This document shows positions 13,106 to 15,987 of a stretch of DNA of 15,987 bases, in pieces; the stretch's first letter is position 1; the number at the start of each line of letters is the position of its first letter. The notes below the pieces were generated by a model, which saw only the letters and a program-made list of their open reading frames with translations, did no database searches and was not told where the DNA came from. This DNA is from Tubiluchus corallicola (lineage: Eukaryota; Animalia; Priapulida): the NCBI GenBank assembly GCA_030141605.1, contig JAQGDQ010002070.1:1-15987 (forward strand), written 5' to 3'. The translations under genes and the position numbers were made by a program.

Positions 13106-14275
13106 TTAATTAAAATTTAAAAGCTGCAGTGATAATGCAATAAGAAACGTTATAGAGTAAACACGGTAACTTCCTCTAGACGTTTGGTCTTCGTCAGAAG
13201 CTTCTTCGTATTCTGACACGGTGTCATTCGTCTTCCTCAATCTTTTGCACATTGACCAAAGTTCATCAGAGCCATCTACAGAATCTTGGCAATCATTCGA
13301 ACCATCGCAGACTTGTTTCTTTCGAATGCACGTCTTGTCCATGCATCGAAATCCGGAACAGGGTAAGCATCCGAGTTCGTCGCTTCTGTCTGGACAATGC
13401 AGGTAACCATCACAGAGCTTCTCGGCCGCTATACAATGGAGGTCATTGCAATGGAAGGCTAGTCCTATGCACGTCTGACAGTTTCTCTCATCGCTCTTGT
13501 CTAGACAGTCGTGTTTCCCGTCACAAAACTTGTCTGTCTTGATGCACTGTCCATTGTCACAGGCAGCTCTATGAGCACCACATACAGTGCAGTACTGTAC
13601 GTATTCATCGCTGTAGTCATCGCAATCGTTAACGCCGTCGCATACCTGGAACTCGAGGATGCATTGATGGTTGTTGCAGAGGTGTCCCAGAGGTCCTTTG
13701 CAAGAGGTGCAGTTCCGCTCGTCACTACCATCAAGGCAATCCGGCTTGCCATTGCAGACGAGGTCCTCCTCAAGACAAGTGGTGATGTCACATAGAAAAG
13801 GGGCATTTTGTTCACATGTTCGCACGCATCCATCTGCTTCATCGTCTTTCAAGGGACAGTCAATGTGTTCATCACAGACTTGGGACACGGCAATGCATTT
13901 TGTACTGCCTCCACAATGGTAAGCGTTAGCACCTCCTACGTGACTAGGACATGTTGTGCAATTGGCTTCATCTGTTTCGTCATCACAGTCGAAGTCGCCG
14001 TCGCAAAGGACGGTAACGGGCACGCACTTGCGACCACAATGGAACCCTTCTCCTTTGCAGCTGTCGCACCGTGCCTCGTCAGAATTGTCACCGCAGTCAT
14101 CTTTACCGTCGCATCGTAACGTTGCTGATATGCACGTGTCACTTTTACACAGGAAACCTTTCTTGGGTGTTCCAACGTCATTGACGTCATTGACCTCGTA
14201 TTCTAGTTCACACGACTTGGCAAGCGTGCGGCGAACAGAGACGAGTATAAACATGCAAAGCAAAAGGCAACGCAT
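13106..14275 (-). CDS. Cell-surface protein with 8 LDL-receptor class A repeats, signal peptide and probable GPI-anchor signal (389 aa, single coding exon)
   Basis: ATG at 14275 (acgATG) preceded by an in-frame TAG at 14311-14309. Signal peptide MRCLLLCMFILVSVRRTLA. Eight 6-Cys modules ending CDG..DC.D.SDE..C or variants. Acidic linker, then TSRGS and hydrophobic terminus YSITFLIALSLQLLNFN with no cytoplasmic tail. Confidence 0.92.
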   Translation of the reverse strand: MRCLLLCMFILVSVRRTLAKSCELEYEVNDVNDVGTPKKGFLCKSDTCISATLRCDGKDDCGDNSDEARCDSCKGEGFHCGRKCVPVTVLCDGDFDCDDETDEANCTTCPSHVGGANAYHCGGSTKCIAVSQVCDEHIDCPLKDDEADGCVRTCEQNAPFLCDITTCLEEDLVCNGKPDCLDGSDERNCTSCKGPLGHLCNNHQCILEFQVCDGVNDCDDYSDEYVQYCTVCGAHRAACDNGQCIKTDKFCDGKHDCLDKSDERNCQTCIGLAFHCNDLHCIAAEKLCDGYLHCPDRSDELGCLPCSGFRCMDKTCIRKKQVCDGSNDCQDSVDGSDELWSMCKRLRKTNDTVSEYEEASDEDQTSRGSYRVYSITFLIALSLQLLNFN

Positions 14276-14317
14276 CGTGCCGTTGTGTTGAAACAATGGT
14301 GAACTTTTCTACCTCGC

Positions 14318-14345
14318 CTGAAACAGCATTTGAAAAATAGAAAAA
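14318..14345 (-). promoter_or_regulatory. Candidate splice acceptor of a 5' UTR intron of the LDLa gene
   Basis: Minus strand ttttctatttttcaaatgctgtttcAG|gcgagg, 42 nt before the ATG, with T-rich sequence upstream. Confidence 0.55.
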
Positions 14346-15199
14346 GTCCAAAACTTAAAAACATCTTTCAAAAAAAGAACAAGCAACAGTTAATAATGTA
14401 GTGTAACAGTCAGTCTAGCTTATAATGTAGATGCAACTTGTGGACGTTGGAATTGTACATAGTAGTTAGGTGCTGCCCTCTATTGCTAATCTTGTTACAT
14501 TCTACCAGCTGACTTATCTTCAGTTTAATTGTAAGGTCCAGTGAATACATACACACTGGTTCTCTCCCTATCTAAAATGGTTGTTGTGAAGCCTGTGCAA
14601 GTCTGCATAGGTCAAGTTCTATGCCTGTATACTGGCTGTGAAACAGGTTTTACTGACTGTTTTTGCTTTCTAGTTTTTGCTCAATGTTCAGTGCAGCAGT
14701 TTTGCTACTCATGTTTTCTGTAGTTTAATAAACACTTTTCTGTTGTGTGTAGTGCAAATATTTATTACAGATTTTTGGTTCCTATTCATACTTCTCTGTG
14801 TCTAAACTCAATCATAACAAAGTGACTGAACAACAACTTCAAAAATGACTTTCACACAACTCTTATAAAAACTCTTGTAACTCCTCAGCAAAAATGTAAA
14901 ATGGCAAAGTGGCATAATTGGTGTTAATGTTTCCGTCTTTTGCAAAAAAGAAGTCGTTCACGGCAAGAAAATGATACGCAGGGCTAACAAAATTAATCTT
15001 TCATCGAATATGTGTATCTTTTACAGATTTCGCTCAATCGATTTTTTTACTAGTTTCTACGAGTAGTTTATGCACAAAATTTTATGGTAGATTAGTTTTG
15101 ATTTATGCTAACTTTCTTTGACCTCAACGCAATGAACTTTCCAGAGAAGGGTCATCCGAAGAAAATAATCTCTCCAAAAACTCGAAACCCCTTGTCCTG

Positions 15200-15874
15200 G
15201 TGTTTATGTTTATTATAACCTTTTACTTTATCATGGATTTTATAACATTTACTTTGAAATTTTGCTATTGTTCTGTTGATGTTAAAAGATATCTATTTAA
15301 TGCTTACTGTAATACATTCTATTGCATGTCTACTTGGAGACATTTTAATAATGGTAATATCTTAAAACTCAAAATTGCGCACAATGTGTCAAAAAGATTA
15401 TTTTTCGGATATGCATATGATTACAGTGCTCGTGAGATGAGTGTTGAAATTCACGTGATGTATTTTGATGTATTACGTAGAAAATCTGTCTTAAGTTTAA
15501 TGAAAAGATTTGATACTAGTGATAATTTAATGTGCCAGAAAATTTTAGTAAGCGATGCTAAATTTACATCGCACATAAGACAGCAATGGTGGAGACTATT
15601 GTTGTAATTTTCATGTTTATCTAAGTTTGTGTGTGATTTGTTTGTATTGGTTTTTTTGTTTTTCATGATGTTGTGATGTTGTATATATTTAAATTATATT
15701 ATTAACTTATGTTTGAAATAAATAATTAAATCAAAAAAATCAAATCTCTCTCTCTCTCTCTCTCTCTCTACATGGACAATTTCACAACAAAGCTAAAATA
15801 AAATTGATAGTCCTAAACGCACAAGAAAGCTTCAACTTACATCGTTTAAAAAATTCATTTGAAGTTTTATACCA
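15200..15874 (+). repeat. Inverted, internally deleted copy of 8949-12917
   Basis: 15200-15270 matches the reverse complement of 12917-12845; 15264-15874 matches the reverse complement of 9679-8949. Confidence 0.95.
15264..15744 (+). mobile_element. 3' fragment of the same LINE family (end of ORF2, 3' UTR, tail)
   Basis: Encoded peptide YCSVDVK...QQWWRLLL is identical to the long ORF2 C-terminus. Followed by (TC)n at 15745-15768. Confidence 0.96.
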
Positions 15875-15987
15875 ACCACAGTACAATACGTAACTAAACT
15901 AAATAAATGTTACGTATTGCTCATTATGTATATTTTTGTGTTGCAAAACAGGCAAATAAAAACTATAGAACAAAAATCAATTGAATT

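Noticed and set aside
13221-14291. Overlapping and antisense ORFs within the LDLa gene (likewise those inside the LINE)
   Set aside because: Shadow frames of real coding sequence with no motifs of their own.
15200-15607. 135-aa ORF as a standalone gene
   Set aside because: Starts at GTG and is a chance in-frame fusion of flank DNA to the ORF2 C-terminus; it lacks all catalytic motifs.

Overview
AT-rich, microsatellite-dense animal (probably invertebrate) genomic DNA; no prokaryotic features. The left half holds a direct duplication of at least 1.66 kb (1-1660 / 5785-7480) that contains a Kolobok-like MITE and GT/GA/TAT microsatellites. It also holds compound CAA/GAA microsatellites, two decayed LINE fragments and a tRNA-like SINE head. 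The right half holds a 5'-truncated, nearly intact APE+RT LINE on the minus strand (about 9196-12649), sitting inside a (TC)n tract, and an intronless gene for a probable GPI-anchored protein with 8 LDL-receptor class A repeats (13106-14275, minus). The main unexplained structure is 15200-15874: an inverted copy of the LINE locus including both flanks, joined across 3172 missing bp at a 7-bp microhomology. It differs from the long copy only at synonymous sites in the shared coding part. The LDLa gene lies in the spacer between these two inverted arms.
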